Part shown: positions 38,167-47,307 of the stretch, piece after piece
Layout: each line of letters opens with the position of its first letter
How positions within the stretch are numbered: position 1 is the first letter of the stretch
Assembly (NCBI GenBank): GCA_902797265.1
Contig: CADBSF010000060.1
Coordinates: forward strand, 1 to 50,622
Direction: 5' to 3'
Source: an uncultured Erysipelotrichaceae bacterium
Lineage (GTDB): Bacteria; Bacillota_I; Bacilli_A; RF39; UBA660
Length of the DNA stretch: 50,622 nt
Notes under the pieces: generated by a model
What the model was told of the DNA's origin: nothing
Seen by the model: the letters and a program-made list of their open reading frames with translations, nothing else
Databases searched by the model: none
Translations under genes and position numbers: made by a program

Positions 38167-39840
38167 TTATTCAATTTCTACAATATCACCAAACAATTCA
38201 ATTGCTCCGTTATTTATTATATCATTATTTTCGTTTTCTTCAAATATTACTTTTGGTTCTTCTAGAATTTGATAAGCAATATGATTTTTCAAATTATAAA
38301 CATATTCACTTTTTAACTTTTCCCAATTAGAATCGGTAACAATTGCAAAATTTTTATTTGACTTCGTAATTTTATAATAAACCTCAGAGATTTTATCTAA
38401 TATATTAATATTTTGTTTAACATTAGAATCATAAGGAAAACTAATAAGAATATTATCTTTACTAACAACTCTAACAGTAGAATCTAACAAAGAACAAACA
38501 ATATATCCTATTTCTTGATCAAAAGTATAATCTTTTAATAACTCAAAATTTTGAATTTCAGTTTTCAATAACTCTTTATTAGCACCAGCAAACGTATTAT
38601 TAATACGAACTTTCATAATTTCATCGATATTAATAATATTAGAAGGATAAGACATATCAACAGGATTATCTATAATACTAGACTTTTCTGTTTCAATAGG
38701 CTCAGAAATCAAAGAAGAAACAGAAGGTTTATCTTTATTCTCATTAGACGAATTAAAAGACAAAGAAGACTTAATATCATAAGAAACATTATTAGAAGAT
38801 TTCATGATATTATCATGTAAAAATTTCAAAATATTTACCTCAAATAACAATCGAACATTTGTACTTTTTTTAAAATCAGAAAGCTTATTTATAAGCATAT
38901 TAAGTAAATTATAATAATAATCAAAAGAAAAATCCAAAGTATTAGAATCTTCATAATAAGAAATAATAATACCTCTTAAATAATCAATTAATTGAAATAT
39001 AATTTGAATAAAATTTTTTCCAGAATCATAAAAATGATTAATACAAGATAAAGTGTTTTCCACATCCCCTTGAAATAAAAATTTAAGAAAATCAGAAATA
39101 TCATTATCAGAAATAGAACCACTTAATAATAAATAATCCTGATAAGTAATTTTATTAGAAGAGAAAGAAGATATTTGATCTAAAGAACCTAAAGCATCAC
39201 GTAATCCTCCTTTAGAAGAAGATGCAATAGCTTTTAAAACTTTATCTTCAATTTCAATATTTTCTTTTCCACAAACATATTTTAACCGTTCTACAATAGA
39301 AGATTCAGATATTCTTTGAAAAGAGAAACACTGACATCTAGAAACAATCGTTTCAGGAACTTTTTGAAGATCAGTAGTCGCTAAAATAAAGATAACATGT
39401 TCAGGTGGTTCTTCTAAAGTTTTTAATAAAGCATTAAAAGCACCAGTAGAAAGCATATGAACTTCATCTATAATATATACTTTATATTTCAATTGAGAAG
39501 GCACAAGAGAAATCTTACTTCTTAAATCACGAATCTCATCAACACCATTATTAGAAGCTGCATCAATTTCAATAATATCTACACATTCTTTAGAAAAAGA
39601 AACAAGACAATTAGAACATTTTCCACAAGCATTTCCTTCCTTTGGAGATAAACAATTTACATTTCTTGCAAAAATTTTTGATAAAGTTGTTTTACCAGTA
39701 CCTCTAGATCCAAAAAAGATATAAGCATGAGAAACAGAATTAGAAATAATAGAATTCTTCAAAGTTTTAACAATAACATCTTGACCAACAACAGAATCAA
39801 AATCCACAGGTCTATATTTACGATATAATGCATGATACAT
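38167..39840 (-). CDS. dnaX: DNA polymerase III subunit gamma/tau
   Basis: 557 aa. HAYIFFGSRGTGKTT, zinc module CGKCSNC, DEVHMLS, and VSRCQCF. Confidence 0.96.
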   Translation of the reverse strand: MYHALYRKYRPVDFDSVVGQDVIVKTLKNSIISNSVSHAYIFFGSRGTGKTTLSKIFARNVNCLSPKEGNACGKCSNCLVSFSKECVDIIEIDAASNNGVDEIRDLRSKISLVPSQLKYKVYIIDEVHMLSTGAFNALLKTLEEPPEHVIFILATTDLQKVPETIVSRCQCFSFQRISESSIVERLKYVCGKENIEIEDKVLKAIASSSKGGLRDALGSLDQISSFSSNKITYQDYLLLSGSISDNDISDFLKFLFQGDVENTLSCINHFYDSGKNFIQIIFQLIDYLRGIIISYYEDSNTLDFSFDYYYNLLNMLINKLSDFKKSTNVRLLFEVNILKFLHDNIMKSSNNVSYDIKSSLSFNSSNENKDKPSVSSLISEPIETEKSSIIDNPVDMSYPSNIINIDEIMKVRINNTFAGANKELLKTEIQNFELLKDYTFDQEIGYIVCSLLDSTVRVVSKDNILISFPYDSNVKQNINILDKISEVYYKITKSNKNFAIVTDSNWEKLKSEYVYNLKNHIAYQILEEPKVIFEENENNDIINNGAIELFGDIVEIE

Positions 39841-39927
39841 AAAAACACCTCCATTACATATATTATTTTACCAAAACAAATAAATGAAGTCTATATAACA
39901 ACAAAGAAAAAAATTGATATAAATCAA

Positions 39928-40377
39928 TCAAATTTCTCTTTTATTATGAAAAAACTTTTTTAACAAATCTTGGGAAGCAGATACATCTAAATTAGATATA
40001 AAATTAACACTAGGATTAACATAATCAGCTTTAAAAATAGCTTGAATTAAAGAAGTATTATTAGAATCAGAATTCTCTAAAGCAGAATAAACATTTCGAA
40101 TTCTAGACTGTTTAATAGCACTAGCACACATAGGACAAGGATCTAAAGTTACATATAAATCACAATCAAGTAATCTCCAATTATTAAGTTTTGATTGTGC
40201 ATCCTTTATTGCAAGAATCTCAGCATGGTTAATAGAACAATTAGTAGATTCTTTTTGATTATAACCAAAAGAAATAACTTCATTATTCTTAACAATAACA
40301 CAACCTATAGGAACTTCATCTAATTCATATGCCATATTTGCATAATGAAAAGCCAAATTCATATATTTAGAATTCAT
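39928..40377 (-). CDS. tadA: tRNA-specific adenosine deaminase
   Basis: Start set at the ATG at 40375-40377, behind GGAGG. Zinc motifs HAEILAI and PCPMCASAI. The upstream part of the track ORF overlaps the SRP RNA. Confidence 0.92.
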   Translation of the reverse strand: MNSKYMNLAFHYANMAYELDEVPIGCVIVKNNEVISFGYNQKESTNCSINHAEILAIKDAQSKLNNWRLLDCDLYVTLDPCPMCASAIKQSRIRNVYSALENSDSNNTSLIQAIFKADYVNPSVNFISNLDVSASQDLLKKFFHNKREI

Positions 40378-40391
40378 ATAAACCTCCAAAT

Positions 40392-40472
40392 AAAAAGTGC
40401 ACATGAAAGGAGGACCTTAAGGCTGCTATTTTCCAATCCTGACCTGGTTCAATCACTTTCATTGCACAATAC
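40392..40472 (-). ncRNA. ffs: signal recognition particle RNA, minimal 4.5S-like form (~75-80 nt)
   Basis: Minus strand: GUGCAAUGAAAGUGAUUGAACCAGGUCAGGAUUGGAAAAUAGCAGCCUUAAGGUCCUCCUUUCAUGUGCAC-UUUUU. It contains the domain IV signature CCAGGUCAGG-stem-GGAA tetraloop-stem-AGCAGCC.UAAGG. A closing helix GUGCA.AUGAAAG/CUUUCAU.GUGCAC and a U-tail follow. A TATAAT lies at 40479-40484. Confidence 0.85.
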
Positions 40473-40535
40473 TATTCTATTATAATTATGAAAAAAAGTA
40501 AACAAAAAAAGTATAATTATTAAAAAAATAAACAA

Positions 40536-40551
40536 TGTTTCACGTGAAACA
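40536..40551. promoter_or_regulatory. parS-type 16-bp palindrome, perfect (TGTTTCACGTGAAACA)
   Basis: Exact match to the symmetric form of the B. subtilis parS consensus TGTTNCACGTGAAACA. Binding is not tested. Confidence 0.75.
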
Positions 40552-40583
40552 TTATCTTCTCCAAATTAAATATCTTACAGAAT

Positions 40584-40599
40584 TATTTCCCGGGAAATA
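40584..40599. promoter_or_regulatory. Noc-binding-site-type palindrome, perfect (TATTTCCCGGGAAATA)
   Basis: Contains the B. subtilis NBS consensus ATTTCCCGGGAAAT exactly. Centre lies 48 bp from the preceding parS centre. Confidence 0.7.
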
Positions 40600-40632
40600 T
40601 TTTCATTCAATTTACTCTACTTAAATATCTTA

Positions 40633-40648
40633 TGTTTCACATGAAACA
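40633..40648. promoter_or_regulatory. parS-type palindrome, 1 mismatch (TGTTTCACATGAAACA)
   Basis: G to A at 40641 relative to the perfect copies. Confidence 0.6.
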
Positions 40649-40680
40649 TCCTATTATTCAAACAAAATATCTTAAAAAAT

Positions 40681-40696
40681 TATTTTTCGGGAAATA
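40681..40696. promoter_or_regulatory. NBS-type palindrome, 2 mismatches (TATTTTTCGGGAAATA)
   Basis: CC to TT at 40686-40687 relative to the perfect copies. Confidence 0.45.
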
Positions 40697-40729
40697 TTTT
40701 CATCCAATTTACTCTACTTAAATATCTTA

Positions 40730-40745
40730 TATTTCACATAAAACA
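40730..40745. promoter_or_regulatory. decayed parS-type site, 3 mismatches (TATTTCACATAAAACA)
   Basis: Positional homolog of parS in unit 3. Three G to A changes, so probably non-functional. Confidence 0.3.
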
Positions 40746-40777
40746 TTCTCTTATCCAAACAAAATATCTTACAGAAT

Positions 40778-40793
40778 TATTTCCCGGGAAATA
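40778..40793. promoter_or_regulatory. NBS-type palindrome, perfect
   Basis: TATTTCCCGGGAAATA. Confidence 0.7.
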
Positions 40794-40826
40794 TTTTTAT
40801 TCAATTTACTCTACTAAAATAACTCA

Positions 40827-40842
40827 TGTTTCACGTGAAACA
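40827..40842. promoter_or_regulatory. parS-type palindrome, perfect
   Basis: TGTTTCACGTGAAACA. Confidence 0.75.
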
Positions 40843-40874
40843 TCCTATTATCCAAACAAAATATCTTACAGAAT

Positions 40875-40890
40875 TATTTCCCGGGAAATA
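40875..40890. promoter_or_regulatory. NBS-type palindrome, perfect
   Basis: TATTTCCCGGGAAATA. Confidence 0.7.
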
Positions 40891-40923
40891 TTTTCGTACA
40901 AATTACTCTACTTAAATATCTTA

Positions 40924-40939
40924 TGTTTCACGTGAAACA
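40924..40939. promoter_or_regulatory. parS-type palindrome, perfect
   Basis: TGTTTCACGTGAAACA. Confidence 0.75.
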
Positions 40940-40971
40940 TCCTCTTATCCAAACAAAATATCTTACAGAAT

Positions 40972-40987
40972 TATTTCCCGGGAAATA
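40972..40987. promoter_or_regulatory. NBS-type palindrome, perfect
   Basis: TATTTCCCGGGAAATA. Confidence 0.7.
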
Positions 40988-41020
40988 TTTTCATACAAAT
41001 TACTCTACTAAAATATCTTA

Positions 41021-41036
41021 TGTTTCACGTGAAACA
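41021..41036. promoter_or_regulatory. parS-type palindrome, perfect
   Basis: TGTTTCACGTGAAACA. Confidence 0.75.
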
Positions 41037-41068
41037 TTCTCTTATTCAAACAAAATACCTTATAAAAT

Positions 41069-41084
41069 TATTTCCCGGGAAATA
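41069..41084. promoter_or_regulatory. NBS-type palindrome, perfect (palindrome extends to AAAATTATTTCCCGGGAAATAATTTT)
   Basis: TATTTCCCGGGAAATA with extended symmetric flanks in this last unit. Confidence 0.7.
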
Positions 41085-41133
41085 ATTTTATAAATATAAA
41101 TATTTAAAACTCAGATTTTACATGAAACATCAT

Positions 41134-41160
41134 AAAAAAAAATCAAGGTAATAACCTTGA
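41134..41160 (-). terminator. rho-independent terminator of gyrA
   Basis: UCAAGGU-uauu-ACCUUGA followed by U9 on the minus strand, 20 nt after the gyrA stop. Confidence 0.7.
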
Positions 41161-41180
41161 TAATTTTATAATAGAACTAT

Positions 41181-43619
41181 TTATTTTGACTCTTCTGAAA
41201 TAGATTCTTCCTTTTCCACAAGAGCAACAGTAGATACTAACTGATTTTCTTTCAAATTAATTAAACGAACACCTTGAGTAGCTCTTTTTAAAGTAGAAAC
41301 TTGTTCTAAAGGTAATTTAATAGTAATTCCACTATCTGTAATAATAATTAAATCTAAAGAAGAATCAGGATGTAAACATTTCAATGATGCCATATTTCCA
41401 TTTTTCTCAGTAATATTTAAAGCTTTAACACCCTTACTACCTCTATGAGTTAATCGGTATTCATCAATAAATGTTTGTTTTCCATAACCCTTTTCAGTAA
41501 CAATTAAAACTAATTCACCAGGATCCACAACTTCAGAACCAACAACATGAGCACCATCCAAATCAATTCCTTTAACTCCTGAACTACTTCTACCTAAAGA
41601 ACGAACTTCATTTTCATTAAATCTAACAAGACGACCATTACTTGCTCCAATAACAATTTCATTTTTTCCACAAGTGCTTTTTACACTTATTAATTCATCA
41701 TCTTCCTTTAAAACAATAGCAATTTTACCACTTTTTCTGATATTATCAAACTCTTCAATTCGAGTTCTCTTAACAATACCACCCTTAGTAGCAAAGAATA
41801 AATATTTCGTAAAATCATCATTTTGTTTAATACTAACAATCGAACTTATGTTCTCTTCTTTTTCTAAAGGTAATAAATTAACAATTGGTAATCCCTTAGA
41901 TTGTCTAGAAAATTCAGGAACTTCATATCCTTTTAATCGATATACTCTACCCAAATTAGAGAAGAATAAAATATAATCATGAGTATTCATTGAAATTAAA
42001 TGTTCAACAAAATCTTCTTCATTAGTAGACATTCCTTTAATACCTACACCACCCCTATTTTGAGTTTTGTATGTATCAGTTCTAAGTCTCTTAATATATC
42101 CTTTCTTAGTTAAATTAATAATAATATCTTCTTCAGGAATAAGTGATTCATCTTCTATATATTCAATAGCAGTCATATCAATATTCGTTCTACGCTCATC
42201 ACCATATTTCTGCTTAATTTCTAATAATTCATTTTTAATAACCTCTAAAATCTTTTCATCACTAGCTAAAATAGATTTTAATTCCTTGATTAATTTTAAT
42301 AAATCATTTAATTCATTTTCTATTTTTTCACGTTCTAAACCAGTTAAACGACGTAATCTCATCTCTAAGATTGCATTTGCTTGAATCTCAGTTAAACCAA
42401 AGCCTTTCATCAAACCATTCTTAGCTTCTTCATCAGATTCAGAACCACGAATAACTTTAATAACAGCATCAATATTATCTAAAGCAATTTTTAATCCCTC
42501 TAAAATATGAACTCTCTTTTCAGCAACATCTAGATCAAATCTTGTTCTACGAATAATAACTTCTTTTTGATAATCAATATATTTAGAAATAATATCCTTT
42601 AATCCCAATGTCTTAGGAACGCCTTGATCTAGCATCAAAAAGATAATTCCATAAGTAGTTTGAAAAGCAGTATGCTTATATAACTTATTTAAAACAACTT
42701 GTGCATTAGCATCTCTTTTCAAAGTAATCGTAATCTTAATTCCATTTTTTAAATCAGAATGGTAATCAGCAATACCATCAATTACTTTATTATGAACAAG
42801 TTCAGCTACTTTATTCTTTAATTCTAAAGTATTTACCCCATAAGGAACTTCATCAATGATAATGTGTTGTTTACCATTTTCCTCTTCAATAGTAGCCTTA
42901 CTACGAATAGTAATAGATCCCCTACCAGTCTCATAAGCTTTTCGTATACCACTATTTCCCAAAATAATTGCTCCTGTAGGAAAATCAGGTCCCTTAATAT
43001 ATTTCATAAGACCATCTACATCAATATCAGGATTTTCAATATATGCAACACAACCATCAATAACTTCCCCTAAATTATGAGGAGGAATATTAGTTGCCAT
43101 ACCAACCGCAATACCAGTAGTTCCATTTACTAATATATTAGGGAATCTAGAAGGTAACACTTCAGGTTCTCTCTCACTTTCATCAAAATTAGGAACAAAA
43201 TTAACTGTATCTTTATTGATATTTCTTAATAATTCCAAAGAAATTTTAGATAATCTAGATTCTGTATAACGCATAGCTGCAGCACCATAACCCTCAATAT
43301 TACCAAAATTTCCATGACCATCAACTAACATATAACGATAAGAAAAATCCTGTGCCATACGAACCATAGCTTCATAAATAGAAGAATCTCCATGAGGATG
43401 ATATTTTCCCATAACATCTCCAACAATTCTTGCACTTTTCTTATGAGGTTTATCAGGAGTATAACCAGATTCAAACATAGAATATAAAATACGTCTATGA
43501 ACAGGCTTTAATCCATCTCTTAAATCAGGAAGCGCACGAGCAACAATAACACTCATTGAATATTCCAAAAAAGAATCTTGAACTTCCTTAACAATATTAT
43601 TTTTTTCTAATCTATCCAT
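41181..43619 (-). CDS. gyrA: DNA gyrase subunit A
   Basis: 812 aa. [20 protein letters not shown], active-site [11 protein letters not shown], and C-terminal beta-pinwheel repeats. Confidence 0.98.
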   Translation of the reverse strand: MDRLEKNNIVKEVQDSFLEYSMSVIVARALPDLRDGLKPVHRRILYSMFESGYTPDKPHKKSARIVGDVMGKYHPHGDSSIYEAMVRMAQDFSYRYMLVDGHGNFGNIEGYGAAAMRYTESRLSKISLELLRNINKDTVNFVPNFDESEREPEVLPSRFPNILVNGTTGIAVGMATNIPPHNLGEVIDGCVAYIENPDIDVDGLMKYIKGPDFPTGAIILGNSGIRKAYETGRGSITIRSKATIEEENGKQHIIIDEVPYGVNTLELKNKVAELVHNKVIDGIADYHSDLKNGIKITITLKRDANAQVVLNKLYKHTAFQTTYGIIFLMLDQGVPKTLGLKDIISKYIDYQKEVIIRRTRFDLDVAEKRVHILEGLKIALDNIDAVIKVIRGSESDEEAKNGLMKGFGLTEIQANAILEMRLRRLTGLEREKIENELNDLLKLIKELKSILASDEKILEVIKNELLEIKQKYGDERRTNIDMTAIEYIEDESLIPEEDIIINLTKKGYIKRLRTDTYKTQNRGGVGIKGMSTNEEDFVEHLISMNTHDYILFFSNLGRVYRLKGYEVPEFSRQSKGLPIVNLLPLEKEENISSIVSIKQNDDFTKYLFFATKGGIVKRTRIEEFDNIRKSGKIAIVLKEDDELISVKSTCGKNEIVIGASNGRLVRFNENEVRSLGRSSSGVKGIDLDGAHVVGSEVVDPGELVLIVTEKGYGKQTFIDEYRLTHRGSKGVKALNITEKNGNMASLKCLHPDSSLDLIIITDSGITIKLPLEQVSTLKRATQGVRLINLKENQLVSTVALVEKEESISEESK

Positions 43620-43630
43620 ACCAAAACCTC

Positions 43631-45559
43631 CTAAATATCTAAGTTTTCTACATAAGTAGCATTGGTTTCTATAAATTCACGACGAGGTTCTACCTCTTCA
43701 CCCATAAGTTTTGAGAATACTTCATCAGCAGCAATAGCATCTTCAACAGTAATTTGTCTAAGAATTCTCTTATGAATATCCATTGTTGTTTCATTTAATT
43801 CTTCGGCATCCATCTCTCCTAATCCTTTCATACGAGCAATATCGTATTTAGTATTAGGAGAAAGAGTTGCTAAATACTCATCTCTTTCCTTTTCATCCAA
43901 AACATATTTAATAGTTTTACCATGTTTTATACAAAATAAAGGAGGTTGAGCTGCATATACATGACCTGCTTCAACAATAGGTCGAAAGAAACGATAAAAT
44001 AAAGTAAGTAATAAAACACGAATATGACTTCCATCAACATCAGCATCTGTCATAATAATTATTTTATGATAACGTAACTTACTTAAATCAAATTCTTCCC
44101 CTATTCCGGTACCAAATGCAGTAATAATAGTACGTATCTCTTCATTTCCCAAAGCTCGATCAATTCTAGCTTTTTCTACATTTAATATTTTTCCTCTTAA
44201 AGGTAAAATTGCTTGAGTCATAGAATCTCTACCCTTAATAGCAGAACCTCCAGCAGAATCACCCTCAACTAAAAATATCTCAGATATAGAAGCATCTTTA
44301 CTCTTACAATCAGATAATTTTCCATAGAAGTTAGTAATATCTAAATCACCTTTTCTTCTAGTTAATTCACGAGCTTTTTTTGCCGCAACTCTTGCTCTAC
44401 TAGCAGTTAATGATTTATCCATGATTACTTTTGCTTGATCAGGATTTTCTAATAAAAATCTTTCAAAAGATTCAGAAAATATTTTATCAGCAATTGCTCT
44501 TACTTCACTATTTCCTAATTTAGTCTTAGTTTGTCCTTCAAATTGAGGATTTGGATGTTTAACAGAAATAATCATAGTAATTCCTTCACGAACATCATCA
44601 CCTGTTAGAGGATCATCTTTTTCTTTTAAATATCCATTATTATTAGCATATTTATTTAAAATTCTAGTAAGTGCTCTTCTAACACCATCCTCATGTGTTC
44701 CACCTTCAGGAGTAGTAATATTATTAACAAAAGAATAAACACTCGAATTATATGTTTCATTATATTGCAAAGCTACTTCTACACTAATATCCTGTTCTTT
44801 TCCTGATACATCAACAATTGTTTCATGGATTGGTCCTTTATTTTTATTAAGCATTTGAACATACTCTACTAAACCACCTTCATAACAGAAAGAATCTTTT
44901 TTATCAGCTTCTCTATCATCATATAAAGTAATTCTTAAACCTTTATTAAGAAAAGCTAATTCCTTTAAACGATTCTTTAAAATATCATAGTCATAAACAG
45001 TAGTTTCCGTAAAGATTTCATCATCTGGTAAAAAATGAACAGTAGTACCAGTACGATCTTGATCACATTTATCAACAATTTTTAGTTCATCATCAGGATG
45101 ACCACCTCGACTAAAACGTTGATAATAAACATTTCCATTCTTATAAACCTTTACTTCTAACCAGTCAGATAAAGCATTAACAACACTAGCTCCAACACCA
45201 TGTAATCCACCAGATACTTTATATCCTCCACCACCAAATTTACCACCTGCATGTAAGACAGTATAAACAGTCTCAACTGTACTCTTTCCAGTTTTAGGAT
45301 GAATATCTACTGGTATTCCTCTACCATCATCTTTTACAATAATACTATTATCTTTACAAATAGTAACTTCTATATGGGTACAATAACCAGCTAATGCTTC
45401 GTCAATAGCATTATCAACAATTTCCCAAACTAAATGATGAAGCCCTCTAGAACTAGTTGTACCAATATACATTCCAGGTCTTTTACGAACAGCTTCCAAT
45501 CCTTCTAGAACTTGTATAGAAGATGAATCATATTCTTTTTCTACTTTTTCATCATTCAT
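43631..45559 (-). CDS. gyrB: DNA gyrase subunit B
   Basis: Start set at the ATG at 45557-45559 ([33 protein letters not shown]), one nt after the recF stop. GHKL ATPase [16 protein letters not shown], and Toprim [29 protein letters not shown]. Confidence 0.98.
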   Translation of the reverse strand: MNDEKVEKEYDSSSIQVLEGLEAVRKRPGMYIGTTSSRGLHHLVWEIVDNAIDEALAGYCTHIEVTICKDNSIIVKDDGRGIPVDIHPKTGKSTVETVYTVLHAGGKFGGGGYKVSGGLHGVGASVVNALSDWLEVKVYKNGNVYYQRFSRGGHPDDELKIVDKCDQDRTGTTVHFLPDDEIFTETTVYDYDILKNRLKELAFLNKGLRITLYDDREADKKDSFCYEGGLVEYVQMLNKNKGPIHETIVDVSGKEQDISVEVALQYNETYNSSVYSFVNNITTPEGGTHEDGVRRALTRILNKYANNNGYLKEKDDPLTGDDVREGITMIISVKHPNPQFEGQTKTKLGNSEVRAIADKIFSESFERFLLENPDQAKVIMDKSLTASRARVAAKKARELTRRKGDLDITNFYGKLSDCKSKDASISEIFLVEGDSAGGSAIKGRDSMTQAILPLRGKILNVEKARIDRALGNEEIRTIITAFGTGIGEEFDLSKLRYHKIIIMTDADVDGSHIRVLLLTLFYRFFRPIVEAGHVYAAQPPLFCIKHGKTIKYVLDEKERDEYLATLSPNTKYDIARMKGLGEMDAEELNETTMDIHKRILRQITVEDAIAADEVFSKLMGEEVEPRREFIETNATYVENLDI

Positions 45560-45560
45560 T

Positions 45561-46682
45561 TTAATCCCTACCTTCTCTCTCAATAATTCCATTTTTTACA
45601 CGAAATACAGATGCATTTTCTAGATACTTTTTATTAATATTCTTCAAATCAGTAGTAGTAATAATACTCTGAATATCATTGGAATTAATTATTTTTAACA
45701 ATTTATTTCTCTTTTTTATATCTAATTCACTAAATATATCATCTAATAACAATACAGGATTGGTATTGCAGATTTGATTAAATATCGGAATTTCAGATAA
45801 TTTAAAAGAAAGAATAGCTAATCTCTGTTGCCCTTGTGATCCATAAAATTTTAAATCTTTATCATTTAATTCAAAATAAATATCATCACGATGAGGACCA
45901 TATATAGTCATACCATAATTTAATTCTTTTAAATAATTCTTTTTATAAGTATGTTTTAATGCTTTTCGAATTGTTTCATACTCATAATCCTTAAATAAAA
46001 TATTGGGTACATATTTAATAAATAATCCACTCTCAGAAGTAATTTCCTTATAATAATAATTTATCATATGATTAATAGAATCAATATACTCTTTTCTTTT
46101 TTGATAAATAATAATAGCTTTCTCAATCAATTTATCAGTAATAATATCTAAATAATTAATATCAGCAATACTATTATTGAACAAAACTCTTAAATATTCA
46201 TTACGAGTTTTTAATAATTTATTATACTCATTATAAGAATTCAAATAAACACTAGATAATTGAGATAATTGAATATTCATTAAATTTCTTCTAATATTAG
46301 GGGATCCTTTTATAATTTCTAAATCATCAGGAGTAAATACTATAATATTTAAATAGGAAATATAATCAGCAACTTTTTTTATATTAGAACCATTTATTTT
46401 CAACAATTTATTATCATTAGTAATAAAAACTTCTAATTTAGAAACTACTTTATCTTTTTTGATTACTCCTAAAATTTTACATTTATTCTTTTCAAACATA
46501 ATGATATTAGGATTAACACCAATTCGATGAGACTTAGTTAAAGCTAATATCGTTATTCCTTCTAATATATTGGTTTTTCCTTGTGCATTATCTCCAACAA
46601 AAATATTCATATTATCACCTAATAGAATATTCAAATTAGAATAATTTCTAAAACAAACCAAATTTAATTTACTAATTTTCAT
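45561..46682 (-). CDS. recF: DNA replication and repair protein RecF
   Basis: 373 aa. Walker [15 protein letters not shown], signature SQGQQRLA, and Walker [12 protein letters not shown]. Confidence 0.95.
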   Translation of the reverse strand: MKISKLNLVCFRNYSNLNILLGDNMNIFVGDNAQGKTNILEGITILALTKSHRIGVNPNIIMFEKNKCKILGVIKKDKVVSKLEVFITNDNKLLKINGSNIKKVADYISYLNIIVFTPDDLEIIKGSPNIRRNLMNIQLSQLSSVYLNSYNEYNKLLKTRNEYLRVLFNNSIADINYLDIITDKLIEKAIIIYQKRKEYIDSINHMINYYYKEITSESGLFIKYVPNILFKDYEYETIRKALKHTYKKNYLKELNYGMTIYGPHRDDIYFELNDKDLKFYGSQGQQRLAILSFKLSEIPIFNQICNTNPVLLLDDIFSELDIKKRNKLLKIINSNDIQSIITTTDLKNINKKYLENASVFRVKNGIIEREGRD

Positions 46683-46750
46683 TTAAAACCGAATAAAAGA
46701 CTCATATAATCACCTATCCCCTAACATGGTATTCCTATACATACACCTAT

Positions 46751-46759
46751 ATTATAGCA
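46751..46759 (-). promoter_or_regulatory. extended -10 element (TGcTATAAT) upstream of recF
   Basis: Minus strand reads TGCTATAAT, about 70 nt upstream of the recF ATG. No good -35 hexamer. Confidence 0.35.
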
Positions 46760-46860
46760 CAAATAAGCCATAAAAAGAACCAAAAAGTAATATTTCATGA
46801 TTTTTTTTTCAAAAGAAAAGACTTTTAATAAGTCTATATTCTAAATAATAATTTTAATAA

Positions 46861-47307
46861 TTATTGTTTTTTATGAGATCTCAGTATAAAATCCAATCTA
46901 GAAGCCCTAGATAATTGATTTTCAATACTTCGATAAGAACATTGGACAAGTATCTCTTTATTGTTATCAAAAATAATTTTAGTATGATTATTATCAACTT
47001 TAACAAACTTTTTAATTCTTTTTAATGAAATCCATACACAATCAGGAGCCGATGGTGAAGTTGTTGGAAAAACAATTAAATTATCACTATCTTCTACAAC
47101 GATAGGTACTTTATATTCAGCACCAAGTATTTCCTTAGCTCCCTCTTTTCTTCCTTCGTAAGAACTTCCAAAATACTTACAACTATCTTCCATGATACTA
47201 AAAGGAGTTTGTGGTATAACATATCGACTCTCATCTTCGTATACTAAACTTCCATTCTTATCATTGGGAACAATAGCTAATGTTCCTCTACTAATTTCAT
47301 AATTCAT
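46861..47307 (-). CDS. comK: ComK-family transcription factor
   Basis: Start set at the ATG at 47305-47307 (the track start is TTG). SCKYFGSSYEGRKEGA parallels B. subtilis ComK SCRFFGSSYAGRKAGT. LIVFPTTSPSAPDCVWIS parallels IFLFPTLSSTRPQCGWIS. 148 aa, so it lacks the last ~40 aa of B. subtilis ComK. Confidence 0.75.
   Translation of the reverse strand: MNYEISRGTLAIVPNDKNGSLVYEDESRYVIPQTPFSIMEDSCKYFGSSYEGRKEGAKEILGAEYKVPIVVEDSDNLIVFPTTSPSAPDCVWISLKRIKKFVKVDNNHTKIIFDNNKEILVQCSYRSIENQLSRASRLDFILRSHKKQ

Larger units (their letters stand above)
40535..41130. repeat. tandem array of 6 full plus 1 decayed copies of a 97-bp unit, each carrying one parS-type and one NBS-type palindrome
   Basis: Unit starts fall at 40535, 40632, 40729, 40826, 40923 and 41020 (exact 97-bp period), with a remnant at ~41113. 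Units are about 94-97 % identical by eye, linkers included. The array fills the spacer between the gyrA terminator and ffs. Confidence 0.95.

Noticed and set aside
40535-41130. CRISPR array interpretation of the 97-bp periodic repeats
   Set aside because: The stretches between the palindromes are as conserved as the palindromes themselves, so there are no unique spacers. The period of 97 bp is too long for repeat plus spacer, and there are no cas genes. It is a tandem duplication, not CRISPR.
6551-43073. All plus-strand track ORFs: 6551..6823, 7662..8186, 8370..8570, 9194..9418, 11483..11722, 13344..13688, 16851..17171, 17984..18196, 20218..20415, 22725..22913, 25003..25281, 28749..29051, 41674..41976, 42067..42384, 42864..43073
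   Set aside because: Each is antisense to a strongly supported conserved gene (rplL, rplA, rplK, nusG, rlmB, transporter, dusB, mscL, tilS, spoVG, sipW, metG, gyrA). Each has low-complexity S/I/F/L-rich translations typical of the reverse frame of AT-rich genes. None has an RBS.
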